The translations under genes and the position numbers were made by a program. A stretch of 43,773 nt of DNA from Pseudomonadota bacterium (GTDB lineage: Bacteria > Pseudomonadota > Alphaproteobacteria > Rhodobacterales > Rhodobacteraceae): assembly GCA_039033735.1 (NCBI GenBank), contig JBCCCA010000001.1, positions 1 to 43,773 on the forward strand. Direction: 5' to 3'. Of this stretch, positions 19,465-28,209 are shown in pieces; position 1 is the first letter of the stretch, and each line of letters opens with the position of its first letter. The notes below the pieces were generated by a model. The model saw only the letters and a program-made list of their open reading frames with translations, did no database searches and was not told the origin of the DNA.

Positions 19465-20118
19465 TCATCGGCCGTTGTCCCCGCCGCCCTCGTGCTGCGT
19501 GTCCGCCAGCGGAAAGGCCCGTGACGGTATGTATTCGCGAAAACTCGAAAGAGTTTGTGCATTGCACTCTTCCTGCCAGCGGGTGCCCGGTTGAATGGCT
19601 GTGATGACCGGAAAACGGTTGCGAAGCTTTAACGCGCGCGGTGTATCTTCCATCGCAATTGCAACCAGCCCGGTCACAGTTCCGTTCTGTCGCTGGATAA
19701 GTTCGATTGCGCCTTCCATCGTGCCACCCGTTTCGATCCATTGATCCACCAAGAGAACACGTGTGCCGTCCGAAAACGCCGGCAGTCGCATTTCCATGTC
19801 CTGCGTCCGGCCCGAGTAATTCGTGAAGCTGACGCGATCCGTGTCGACGCACAGCTTGTCTGCTTTTCGAATGGGCAGGAAACCGACGTTGCGCCGCGCC
19901 GCGATTGCAGCCGCAAGGACAAATCCCATCGCATCCAATCCGCCCACGACATCAAAGTCATAAGGCTCAAGATCGACCAGAAGATCGTCCAAAAGGTCGG
20001 TGAACGCCCGTTGGTTTATGTAGATCGAGGTTGGGTCGAGCCATGCGAATTTATCGCCTTTTGTGTTTGGCGCCATCAGGCTGAAATACCAGCGATCGTC
20101 GCGCGGGCCCTTCGTCAT
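19465..20118 (-). CDS. Type-I phosphoribosyltransferase, adenine-PRT-like
   Basis: PRPP-binding loop VLLVDQWIETGGT and an APRT-like GFLPIRKADKL segment. ATGA overlap with the upstream gene. Confidence 0.75.
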   Translation of the reverse strand: MTKGPRDDRWYFSLMAPNTKGDKFAWLDPTSIYINQRAFTDLLDDLLVDLEPYDFDVVGGLDAMGFVLAAAIAARRNVGFLPIRKADKLCVDTDRVSFTNYSGRTQDMEMRLPAFSDGTRVLLVDQWIETGGTMEGAIELIQRQNGTVTGLVAIAMEDTPRALKLRNRFPVITAIQPGTRWQEECNAQTLSSFREYIPSRAFPLADTQHEGGGDNGR

Positions 20119-20852
20119 GTCACGTCTCCCAGTTGTTCGGCGACAGCAAGCAAGCGCTTCAGCCGGCCCGGTTCGATATCATAGAAGTTGCCGTCATGAT
20201 TGATGCCGGTTGCAACCATGAAGGCATCGACCTCGCGGTAGCGATGCGCGTTCTCGGGTGTGATCCCCGACGCCAAGGCCAAGGCATGGTCGCCGATTGC
20301 GGTGCGGAAGGTGCTGATCTTCTGATCCTCGGCTTCGACGCCGGTGGCCTGACCGGATGTGCACACAACATCCATCCATTCACATGCGAGTGTTGCGGCC
20401 CGCTCATAGTCTGCCTCAGCCACGGGGCGCTGTTTCTTGAAAGCCGTTCCTCCGAAGTAAAGACCGCTCCAGCCCACGCGGGCATCCGCTATTTCTTCCG
20501 CTTCGGTTTGCGCGTCGGTTCGTTCATCAATCCGCGCGTCATCCGCCCAATAGGCGTCGATCCGGCAGCCGTCCCGTTCCAGTTGCGCGAGCGTCGGGAA
20601 GGCGTGGCGTCCTGTCACGTCAAGAAAATTCACGCCCATCCAAAGAGTGGGGCAGGCGGCCCTTACATCGCGCAAAATCCGAAGGAATTGTTCAACGCCG
20701 AAGTCATGATTGATCAAGAAACACCCCGGCGCGTCCAACTCGGTTAGGATGTCGATGTTGGCCAATGTACGGTCTGTTTCAAGCACGTGGATCACGGGCA
20801 GAACGACGGGGCCGCGCTTACCGAAGCTTGCCCGAAACTCCGTTCTGTTCAT
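20115..20852 (-). CDS. TIM-barrel protein, BtpA/SgcQ-like (tentative)
   Basis: Beta-strand/helix alternation, with LPVIHV, GVNFL, ASGITPENA and DAFMVATGI segments reminiscent of the BtpA family. Not verifiable without an HMM search. Confidence 0.4.
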   Translation of the reverse strand: MNRTEFRASFGKRGPVVLPVIHVLETDRTLANIDILTELDAPGCFLINHDFGVEQFLRILRDVRAACPTLWMGVNFLDVTGRHAFPTLAQLERDGCRIDAYWADDARIDERTDAQTEAEEIADARVGWSGLYFGGTAFKKQRPVAEADYERAATLACEWMDVVCTSGQATGVEAEDQKISTFRTAIGDHALALASGITPENAHRYREVDAFMVATGINHDGNFYDIEPGRLKRLLAVAEQLGDVT

Positions 20853-20998
20853 TTCATAACCCCCACTGCATAAAACTTGTGCAACGCATCAATTTTTGGC
20901 GCAGTCTTGATCCAACGCCCGGGAATCGGATGCGGGCCAGCGCGTCTGATCTCATAACCGAGCTGTTGGAAAACTGGAAACAGACAGGGAGAGTGGGG

Positions 20999-22126
20999 AT
21001 GTCTAACGCCAAATTCATGCAAACCAAGCGGAGTTTTCTCAAAACCGGGCTTGCCTCGGTTGCGCTGACGACACCGTTCGTCAATCGCGCTTGGGCGCAG
21101 ACCGTCGAACTGACCATGCTAGGATGGTACGGAACTGCCGAGCCGGACATGGTCGCCGCGTTCGAAGAAGCGAACAACGTCAAGTTTGTACCGAAATACT
21201 ATGCCGGCGGAGACAACATGCTGGCCGCACTGGCGCAAAACCCGCCGGGCACCTTCGACATTATTCACACCGATGCCGAGTACGCCAAGCTGCTGGTCGC
21301 AAACGATCTGGTGATGGAACTGGACCCGAACGCCTATGCGTTTGACGATCTGCTGCATGACGATTTCAAGAACTTTGCGGGCCATTGGGACGACGGCGGT
21401 AAGTTGTATTCGTTGATCACTCGCTTTGGTCATTTGGGTGTGTCCTATAACAAGGATGTCCTGACCGCAGAAGAAGCCGCCAGCTATGACATCTTCTGGG
21501 ACGGACGCCTGACAGGCAAAGTCGGCCACTTCGATTGGCACCTACCCACACTGGGGCAAATGAGCCTGTTGATGGGCAACGCCTCGCCGTTCGACATCGG
21601 CGGAGATGCCTGGAGTGCCGTGCAAGAGAAGACGCTTTCGCTCAAGCCGCAGGTCGGGGGATATTTCGACTTTGGCGGCACGTTCTCGGGCCTCAAGAAT
21701 GGCGAGATGCTGGCTATGGTCGGCATTGGAGACTGGGTGACGGGAATCTTGGAACGTGACGGCGCGCCAGTCTCGTCGGTCGTCCCGAAGGAGGGCGGCA
21801 TTCAGTGGACCGAAAGTTACTCGATTGCGAAGACATCTGAGAAAGCGGACCTCGCGCTGAAGTACCTCGACTACACGATGTCGCCAGAAGGTCAGGTGAA
21901 GACCGCACAGATGCTCGGCTATCCGGGCCACTGCGTGACCAAATCCGGCCGTGCCATGTTGAATGAGGTCGACGGCGCCGAAGCGCAGCGTTCCGGTCAG
22001 GTGGACGGCGATCCACGTGATCCCATCACGATGATCAACGAAGGCCGCATCAGCTATCGTGACATCCCGGTCCAGCAGACGCTGGAGGATTGGAACGATT
22101 TCTGGTCAGAATACAAGAACGCCTGA
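20999..22126 (+). CDS. PotD/PotF-family (polyamine/opine-type) periplasmic substrate-binding protein with a Tat-like leader
   Basis: Leader MSNAKFMQTKRSFLKTGLASVALTTPFVNRAWAQ. GGGAGAG lies upstream of the ATG at 20999; the longer ORF from 20765 is a 5' artefact. Confidence 0.8.
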   Translation: MSNAKFMQTKRSFLKTGLASVALTTPFVNRAWAQTVELTMLGWYGTAEPDMVAAFEEANNVKFVPKYYAGGDNMLAALAQNPPGTFDIIHTDAEYAKLLVANDLVMELDPNAYAFDDLLHDDFKNFAGHWDDGGKLYSLITRFGHLGVSYNKDVLTAEEAASYDIFWDGRLTGKVGHFDWHLPTLGQMSLLMGNASPFDIGGDAWSAVQEKTLSLKPQVGGYFDFGGTFSGLKNGEMLAMVGIGDWVTGILERDGAPVSSVVPKEGGIQWTESYSIAKTSEKADLALKYLDYTMSPEGQVKTAQMLGYPGHCVTKSGRAMLNEVDGAEAQRSGQVDGDPRDPITMINEGRISYRDIPVQQTLEDWNDFWSEYKNA

Positions 22127-22156
22127 TCCCATGACGGTTAAGTCGAGGCGGGACTT

Positions 22157-23005
22157 ATGAAGTCCCGTCTCAACATTTATGCGCTGACCTTCCGTCTGCC
22201 GATCATCATCTGGCAGACGCTCTTTTTCATTGGCCCGCTGATTTTTGTGGTGGCGATGTCATTCTTCGTCGTGCGCAACTTCCAGATGGTCGAAACCTTC
22301 GAGTTGGACAGTTGGTCGCGCATGCTGTCGCGCGATTTCGTTTGGGACGCTTACGTTTACACGATCCTCATGGCGGGCAGCGCGGCGATCTTGGCGTCGC
22401 TCATCGCCTTCCCGGCCGCCTACTGTTTGGCGTTTCAGACCTCAGCCTCGACGCGACAAATCGCGATCATGCTGCTGATCATTCCGTTTTTCACCAGCTA
22501 TCTTGTGCGTACCTTCAGTTGGTACACGATCCTCGCTGAAGCGGGTGTGCTGAATGGCGCGGTGGGTCTCATCGGGCTTGGCCCCTACACGCTCTTGAAC
22601 ACCGCTATTGGCACACTGATCGGCTATCTGACACTGATCATGCCACTCGTGCTAATCCTGCAGACCGTCACTATGGCTAACATCGATGACCGTTTGATCC
22701 AGGCCGCGCGCAATCTTGGCTGCTCGCCCGCGCGCACCATTCGCACTGTCATCCTGCCCGCTGGCAAGACGGGTTTCGTCATCGCCGCGCTCTTTGCCTT
22801 CATCCTGTCCTTCGGAGATTTTGTGGCGCCGTTCTATCTCGGCGGCTCCAATCCGCCAACACTGCCGATCCTGATTATCGACACCACAAAGGCCGGTCAG
22901 CAATGGCCGCGTGCCGCCGTCGTTGCCGTCATCATGATGGTGACGCTTTTTATCGTGGCCTTTAGCGCCATCATGTATGCCTACCGGAAAAGGGCCAGCC
23001 GATGA
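22157..23005 (+). CDS. ABC transporter permease (PotB-like)
   Basis: Six TM segments and an EAA loop (IQAARNLGCSPARTIRTVILP). Confidence 0.85.
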   Translation: MKSRLNIYALTFRLPIIIWQTLFFIGPLIFVVAMSFFVVRNFQMVETFELDSWSRMLSRDFVWDAYVYTILMAGSAAILASLIAFPAAYCLAFQTSASTRQIAIMLLIIPFFTSYLVRTFSWYTILAEAGVLNGAVGLIGLGPYTLLNTAIGTLIGYLTLIMPLVLILQTVTMANIDDRLIQAARNLGCSPARTIRTVILPAGKTGFVIAALFAFILSFGDFVAPFYLGGSNPPTLPILIIDTTKAGQQWPRAAVVAVIMMVTLFIVAFSAIMYAYRKRASR

Positions 23006-23781
23006 CCCTGTTCCTTCGCGCTTGGCTGATCCTTGTGGCAAGCTTCATCTTACTGCCGATATTCGTTAGCATGCTCTTTTCCTTTAACGAGGCACGCTTT
23101 CCCACACTGCCGCTGACAGGTTTCACAACCCATTGGTATGAAAACATATTTGCCGATGATGACTTCTGGCGCTCGGCCGGGAACAGCCTGACAGTTTCCG
23201 GCACCACCGCAGTCATTGCCACCTTCCTCGGTTTCTGCACAGCGTATACCGATTACCGCTACAGCTTCCGGGGCAAGAGCCTGTTCCTCGCCATTATCCT
23301 CCTGCCCCCCACGATCCCGCTGATCATCATCGCGCTCGCGATGCTGGCGTGGTTCAGCCGGGTGGGCATGTCGGGGCAGGTGGCCTCGATCATCGCTGCC
23401 CACACCGTTCTGACCGCGCCTTTCGCGATGGCCATTATTCGGCTGAGGCTCTCACAGATTGACGAAAGCCTTGAGGCTGCCGCCTGGAACCTGGGCGCCA
23501 GTGAGTGGCGGGCGATGCGTGAAGTGATCCTGCCGTTCTGCAAACCTGCGATCTTGTCGTCACTGTTTTTGACAGCGGCTGTGTCCTTCGATGAGTTCAC
23601 CGTCTCGTGGTTCGTCTCTGGCCTGAACAAGACGCTGCCCGTCCATGTGCTGGAAATCGTGCAAGGCACCATCGACCCGCAGGTCAACGCTATCGGTACG
23701 CTGGTCTTCGGTGTCTCGATCACGCTTGTGATGATCTCTCAGGCGCTCATCTTCTTCCGACTACAGAGAGCAACGCAATGA
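23002..23781 (+). CDS. ABC transporter permease (PotC-like)
   Basis: EAA loop (LEAAAWNLGASEWRAMREVILP). ATGA overlaps at both ends. Confidence 0.85.
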   Translation: MTLFLRAWLILVASFILLPIFVSMLFSFNEARFPTLPLTGFTTHWYENIFADDDFWRSAGNSLTVSGTTAVIATFLGFCTAYTDYRYSFRGKSLFLAIILLPPTIPLIIIALAMLAWFSRVGMSGQVASIIAAHTVLTAPFAMAIIRLRLSQIDESLEAAAWNLGASEWRAMREVILPFCKPAILSSLFLTAAVSFDEFTVSWFVSGLNKTLPVHVLEIVQGTIDPQVNAIGTLVFGVSITLVMISQALIFFRLQRATQ

Positions 23782-24845
23782 CGGCTCCACTCGTTACCCT
23801 AGACAAGGTCGAAAAGCGCTTTGACGACTTCGTCGCCGTCCGCGAAGCCAACCTCAATATCGGGGCAGGGGAGTTCATCGCGATCATGGGGCCGTCGGGC
23901 TGTGGCAAGACCACGACGCTTCGCATGCTTGCGGGCCTCGACGCACCAACGTCAGGTGAAATACGTGTCGCGGGCAAGGTCATGAACGAAGTCGCCGCGC
24001 ATGAGCGGGACACGCCCATGGTCTGGCAAAGCCTTGCGTTGTTCCCGTTTCTGAACGCCCGCGAGAATGTCGAGTTTGGCCTCAAGATGCGGGGCATCGA
24101 TCCGACTGAGCGTAAGACTCGCGCCATGAACTGGCTCGACCGCATGGAAATCGCCGAGTTCGCCGAGCGCAATGTCGAAACCCTGTCCGGGGGGCAACGA
24201 CAACGTGTGGCACTCGCCCGTGCGCTGGTGACCGAACCGCAACTTCTGCTGCTCGATGAACCGCTTTCCGCCCTGGACGCCCATCTTGTGATCCGGATGC
24301 AGGGGGTCCTGACCAAACTCCAAAAAGAGTTGGGTATCACTTTTGTCTATGTGACCCACTCCCAATCCGAAGCCTGTGCCATGGCCGACCGCGTAGTGAT
24401 CATGTCCAGGGGCGAGATCGCACAGGTTGGCACACCGCGCGAGGTCTACCGCGCGCCGCGCACCCGTTTTGTCGCCGAATTTGTCGGTCGGAACAATATC
24501 TTGCCTGGCACAGTGAAGGCATCCGACGCAGGGGAAGTCACGGTCGAGACCGCTCTTGGCACATTCCAAACCCCCGGCGAGGCCCCAGTGGGCAAGTCCG
24601 CGTCCATCGTCATTGCAGGCGATATGATGCAGATCGGTCCAGGTGAGAATTCAATCGAAGCCACGGTCATCTCGGAGGAATTCGTTGGCTCCATCGTCAC
24701 CGCTTTCCTCGAAGCCGACGATGGCACCGAGTTGAAAGTCCAGGTGCAGGAACGCGTGTTGGCTGAGCTTGATCTGACAGCGGGCAGCAAAGTCACGCTT
24801 CACTGGTCCACGAACGACGGCCACCTGTTGCTGGAGGACACATGA
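23778..24845 (+). CDS. ABC transporter ATP-binding protein (PotA-like, with a C-terminal TOBE-type domain)
   Basis: Walker A GPSGCGKTT, signature LSGGQRQRVALARAL and Walker B LLLLDEPLSALD. The ATG at 23778 overlaps the stop of the previous gene. Confidence 0.9.
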   Translation: MTAPLVTLDKVEKRFDDFVAVREANLNIGAGEFIAIMGPSGCGKTTTLRMLAGLDAPTSGEIRVAGKVMNEVAAHERDTPMVWQSLALFPFLNARENVEFGLKMRGIDPTERKTRAMNWLDRMEIAEFAERNVETLSGGQRQRVALARALVTEPQLLLLDEPLSALDAHLVIRMQGVLTKLQKELGITFVYVTHSQSEACAMADRVVIMSRGEIAQVGTPREVYRAPRTRFVAEFVGRNNILPGTVKASDAGEVTVETALGTFQTPGEAPVGKSASIVIAGDMMQIGPGENSIEATVISEEFVGSIVTAFLEADDGTELKVQVQERVLAELDLTAGSKVTLHWSTNDGHLLLEDT

Positions 24846-25711
24846 TCCAGAACCCCATACCCTGGCCCAACGGCGCAAAATGCGCGTGCGCCATCACGTT
24901 TGACATGGACGCCGACAGCCTGATCCACATCGCCCGTCCCGAAGACAGCATCGACCGGCTTTACCCAATCTCCATGGGCCGCTACGGCCCCACGGTCGCC
25001 ATCCCGCGCATTCTCGACACCTATCGACGTCTTGGGATCAAACAAAGCTTCTTCATCCCTGGCTGGTGTATGGAGACTTATCCCGAGGCTGTGGAGGCCA
25101 TTCTGAAAGACGGCCATGAGATCGGCCATCACGGCTGGATCCACGAAGACCCTATCGTCACCAAAGGGGCGGCGCAGGAGGAATCGTTCGAGAAGGCACT
25201 CGACACCCACAAGCGCATGACCGGCACCAGTCCGCGCGGCTACCGCGCGCCAGTTTATAACGTCACCCAGCAAGTCATTGATCTTCTGGTGAAACATCAA
25301 TTTCGTTATGACAGCTCTCTGATGGCGGATGACATCCCATACAAGATGCAAACCAGCGACGGTGCACTTTACGAGATGCCCGTTCACTGGGGCACCGACG
25401 ATTGGCCGCCCTTCGCCCATTACGATGAGATCGGCTACATGATGCCAGTCCGCGGCCCTTCCGCTGGCCTCGAAGGCTTCTGGGAAGAGTTCGAAGCGCA
25501 GTACGAAGCAGGTGGCTTTTTTATGCTGATCGTCCATCCGTTCCTGACCGGCAGGCTCGCGCGCTGGAGGTTGGTCGAGCAATGGCTGCAAACCACACTG
25601 GAAGAACGTGACGTCTGGTTCGCACCCTTGGAGGTGATTGCCGACCATCTTGATACGGTTCAAAGTCTCCGAACCGAGCATCTGCCGTATTACTCCGACC
25701 CCCAAAGCTAG
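24842..25711 (+). CDS. Polysaccharide-deacetylase-fold hydrolase (PuuE-allantoinase-like subgroup)
   Basis: NodB-fold motifs: CAITFDMDADS, GHEIGHHGWIHE, GYRAPVYN. ATGA overlap with the ATPase gene. Confidence 0.75.
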   Translation: MIQNPIPWPNGAKCACAITFDMDADSLIHIARPEDSIDRLYPISMGRYGPTVAIPRILDTYRRLGIKQSFFIPGWCMETYPEAVEAILKDGHEIGHHGWIHEDPIVTKGAAQEESFEKALDTHKRMTGTSPRGYRAPVYNVTQQVIDLLVKHQFRYDSSLMADDIPYKMQTSDGALYEMPVHWGTDDWPPFAHYDEIGYMMPVRGPSAGLEGFWEEFEAQYEAGGFFMLIVHPFLTGRLARWRLVEQWLQTTLEERDVWFAPLEVIADHLDTVQSLRTEHLPYYSDPQS

Positions 25712-25722
25712 GGAGACCGACC

Positions 25723-26172
25723 ATGCTGTCCGACACTGATGCCAAGTTTCTGCGCGTCGCCTATGACGAAGCCAAGGGTGGCTATGACGAAGGCGGTTGC
25801 CCCATCGGCTCTGTCTTGGCGCGTGGCGACACGCTGGTGGCTCAAGGCCGCAATCAACGCGTCCAAAAAGGCGACCCCATTGCTCACGGCGAAATGGATG
25901 CGCTGCGCAAGGCGGGTCGCCAAAAGACCTACAAGGACACCACGCTCTACACTTCGCTTAGCCCTTGCATGATGTGCACCGGCACGATCATCCAGTTCGG
26001 CATCCCCCGGGTCGTGATCGGCGAGAACACCACATTCGGCGGCAACGAAGACTTGCTGCGCGCACGGGGCGTCGAGGTGATTATCGCCAACGATCCCGAT
26101 TGCATCGCGCTTATGACCAAGTTCATCGAGGAAAAGCCCGAGCTTTGGAACGAAGACATCGCGGAGGATTGA
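25723..26172 (+). CDS. FCY1-type (yeast-like, CDA-fold) cytosine deaminase family protein
   Basis: Zn motifs HGEMDAL and SPCMMCTG. By my recollection of yeast Fcy1 it aligns end to end (YKDTTLYTSLSPCMMCTGTIIQFGIPRVVIGEN, FIEEKPELWNEDI). GGGAGA SD present. Confidence 0.8.
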   Translation: MLSDTDAKFLRVAYDEAKGGYDEGGCPIGSVLARGDTLVAQGRNQRVQKGDPIAHGEMDALRKAGRQKTYKDTTLYTSLSPCMMCTGTIIQFGIPRVVIGENTTFGGNEDLLRARGVEVIIANDPDCIALMTKFIEEKPELWNEDIAED

Positions 26173-26173
26173 G

Positions 26174-26818
26174 ATGGAAACGCTCATCACTGGCGCGCCA
26201 GCACTGCCCGAACGCACCATCTTCGAAGACACGGTCGTCCCTGCACGCGCGCCTTGGAGCGCGAAGCTGACCAAGGGCCAATCCCTCCGCCTTATCGACC
26301 TAGAAGGCCAGCAAGCCATCGACTTCCTCTGCTTTGGCGCGGAGCCTCATGACGGCCAGATCGAACGCTACCATATGCCGAATACCATCAAGATCCCGAA
26401 GCAATTGACGCTGAGCAAGGGCACGACGCTCTATTCGCAATTCGCCCGCCCCATGATGACCATCATCGACGATAGCTGCGGTGGGCATGATACCATCTTC
26501 GGCTGCTGCTCGTTCCATGTCGACCAAGTGCGCTATGGCAAACAAAACGCCGAATGCTGCCAGCGCAACTTCGAACGCGAGATGGCTCGACACAGCATTG
26601 GCCCCGAGCATGTCGTTGCCAACGCCAACTTCTTCATGAATGTGCCGGTTGGTGCGGACGGCCATGTGGAGATTACAGACAGCCAGTCAAAACCCGGCGA
26701 TTACGTGGATTTGCGGGCCGAGATGGATGTCGTCGCCGTCTTGTCGAATTGCCCGCAAGAACTGAACCCAGCGGCCGGTCAGGGCCCCACTCCGATCCGC
26801 GCGATCGTCTTTAAATAG
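26174..26818 (+). CDS. Stand-alone DUF1989 protein (urea-carboxylase-associated / carboxyguanidine-deiminase-like family)
   Basis: It shares IDLEGQQAIDF, CGGHDTIFGCC and PGDYVDLRAEMDVVAVLSNCP with the N-terminal half of the tdm-like gene in this window. GGAGGA SD present. One nt separates it from the deaminase stop. Confidence 0.75.
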   Translation: METLITGAPALPERTIFEDTVVPARAPWSAKLTKGQSLRLIDLEGQQAIDFLCFGAEPHDGQIERYHMPNTIKIPKQLTLSKGTTLYSQFARPMMTIIDDSCGGHDTIFGCCSFHVDQVRYGKQNAECCQRNFEREMARHSIGPEHVVANANFFMNVPVGADGHVEITDSQSKPGDYVDLRAEMDVVAVLSNCPQELNPAAGQGPTPIRAIVFK

Positions 26819-26929
26819 ACAGCCGCAATGATCTGCCACGTAGTGAAAGACGCGACACTGGATGGATGCCAGAATACGGGCTTCTCCTGTATTGGAATTG
26901 CACTGCCGCCGGCCCAGCAATGCCGGCAC

Positions 26930-27844
26930 CTAATTCTCGGCGACGGCCCATCTTTGCCCATTGCTGAAATGCTCCAACAAAAAATCCATGAACACGCGTA
27001 CCTTTGCCGACAAGACATTGGTCTTGGGATAGACCAGCCAAAGCGCGGATTGCGCCTGAACAGACCATTCCGGAAGCACATGCACAAGTTGCTGTTCCGA
27101 GACTTCCCGATGCACGCTCCAAATTGAGTTAATAGAAATTCCAGCACCGCTGAGTGTCGCAATCTTTTGGCTTAGGCCGTCATCCAGGATCATTGCACAT
27201 TTGGCACCGCGTGGGGCAAATCGGCCGATGGCATTTTGCGGACCGACCAGTGCCTTTTCCATCAGGTCCTTGAACGCAATCAGTTGATGCGTGTTGAGGT
27301 CATCTGGATGCATTGGCTGGCCATGGGTTTTCAGATAGGCGGGGCTTGCGCATAGGATCCTGCGGTCATCGGCCAGCTTCCGCCCTTTCAGGCTGGAGTC
27401 TTCCAGAACCATGTTGCGCAGCGCCAGATCAAAGCTTCCTTCGATTAGGTCGAATTCGGCATCTGACAGGCGCAGGTCCAGCACGACACCGGGATGCTGT
27501 TCCAGAAACTTGGGCAGGATGGGCGCGATGTAAAGCTGAGCAAACGTGCTGGGTGCTGTGAAGCGCAGAGTGCCTGTGGCTTGCGCTTCGCCGTGGCCAA
27601 GGACGGCAAGGGCCGCATCTTCCTGCGCGAGAATTTCGCGCGCATAGGGCAGGAACTCGGCTCCTTCGAGGGACAGCGACACCTTGCGCGTGGAGCGGTG
27701 CAACAGATCAGCACCCACCGATTGCTCCAGTTTGGCAAGCCGTGCGCTGGACACAGCAGGCGCCAAACCAAGGTCGCGGCCCGCGGCACTGATATTCAGC
27801 TTTTCGGCAGCCAGCACGAACAAGCGCAGCGCATCAGTATCCAT
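26930..27844 (-). CDS. LysR-family transcriptional regulator
   Basis: HTH MDTDALRLFVLAAEKLNISAAGRDLGLAPAVSSARLAKLE followed by a LysR substrate-binding domain. It diverges from the Liv-type binding-protein gene. The longest ORF reaches 27883. Confidence 0.85.
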   Translation of the reverse strand: MDTDALRLFVLAAEKLNISAAGRDLGLAPAVSSARLAKLEQSVGADLLHRSTRKVSLSLEGAEFLPYAREILAQEDAALAVLGHGEAQATGTLRFTAPSTFAQLYIAPILPKFLEQHPGVVLDLRLSDAEFDLIEGSFDLALRNMVLEDSSLKGRKLADDRRILCASPAYLKTHGQPMHPDDLNTHQLIAFKDLMEKALVGPQNAIGRFAPRGAKCAMILDDGLSQKIATLSGAGISINSIWSVHREVSEQQLVHVLPEWSVQAQSALWLVYPKTNVLSAKVRVFMDFLLEHFSNGQRWAVAEN

Positions 27845-28209
27845 TATTATATCCAAAACCAGAATTGAGAGCACTAAATTCAACTATTTATCTGTGTTTT
27901 TCAATGTTTGCGATGAAGTAGGGAAAAGGATGAGACGGGCCGCCATCACGTGCGCAAACTGCAACAGTAACCAGCCTTCTGTCGCGCACGGTGCCAGTAA
28001 AATCGCAATAAAACCATGCCCCAAACGGTTTCGCTATGCGTCAGCGAGCCGTTTCAATGAAGCGGCACCAGGCCAGGGCCAGTCCGCCATGGGCGAAAAA
28101 AACAGACGGATCGTTACGTCTTCGCACCTTTCGGTATCCGATTGCGTGAGCGCTGATGTCAGGCTTTTGCAAGGTGGAGACACCAGTCGAAATCCAAGGG
28201 AGGAAACCT

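Noticed and set aside
24800-25705. 301-aa ORF antisense to the deacetylase-fold gene
   Set aside because: It is a mirror-frame ORF typical of GC-rich DNA. It has no recognisable motifs, whereas the sense strand has clear NodB-fold motifs and operon-style overlaps.
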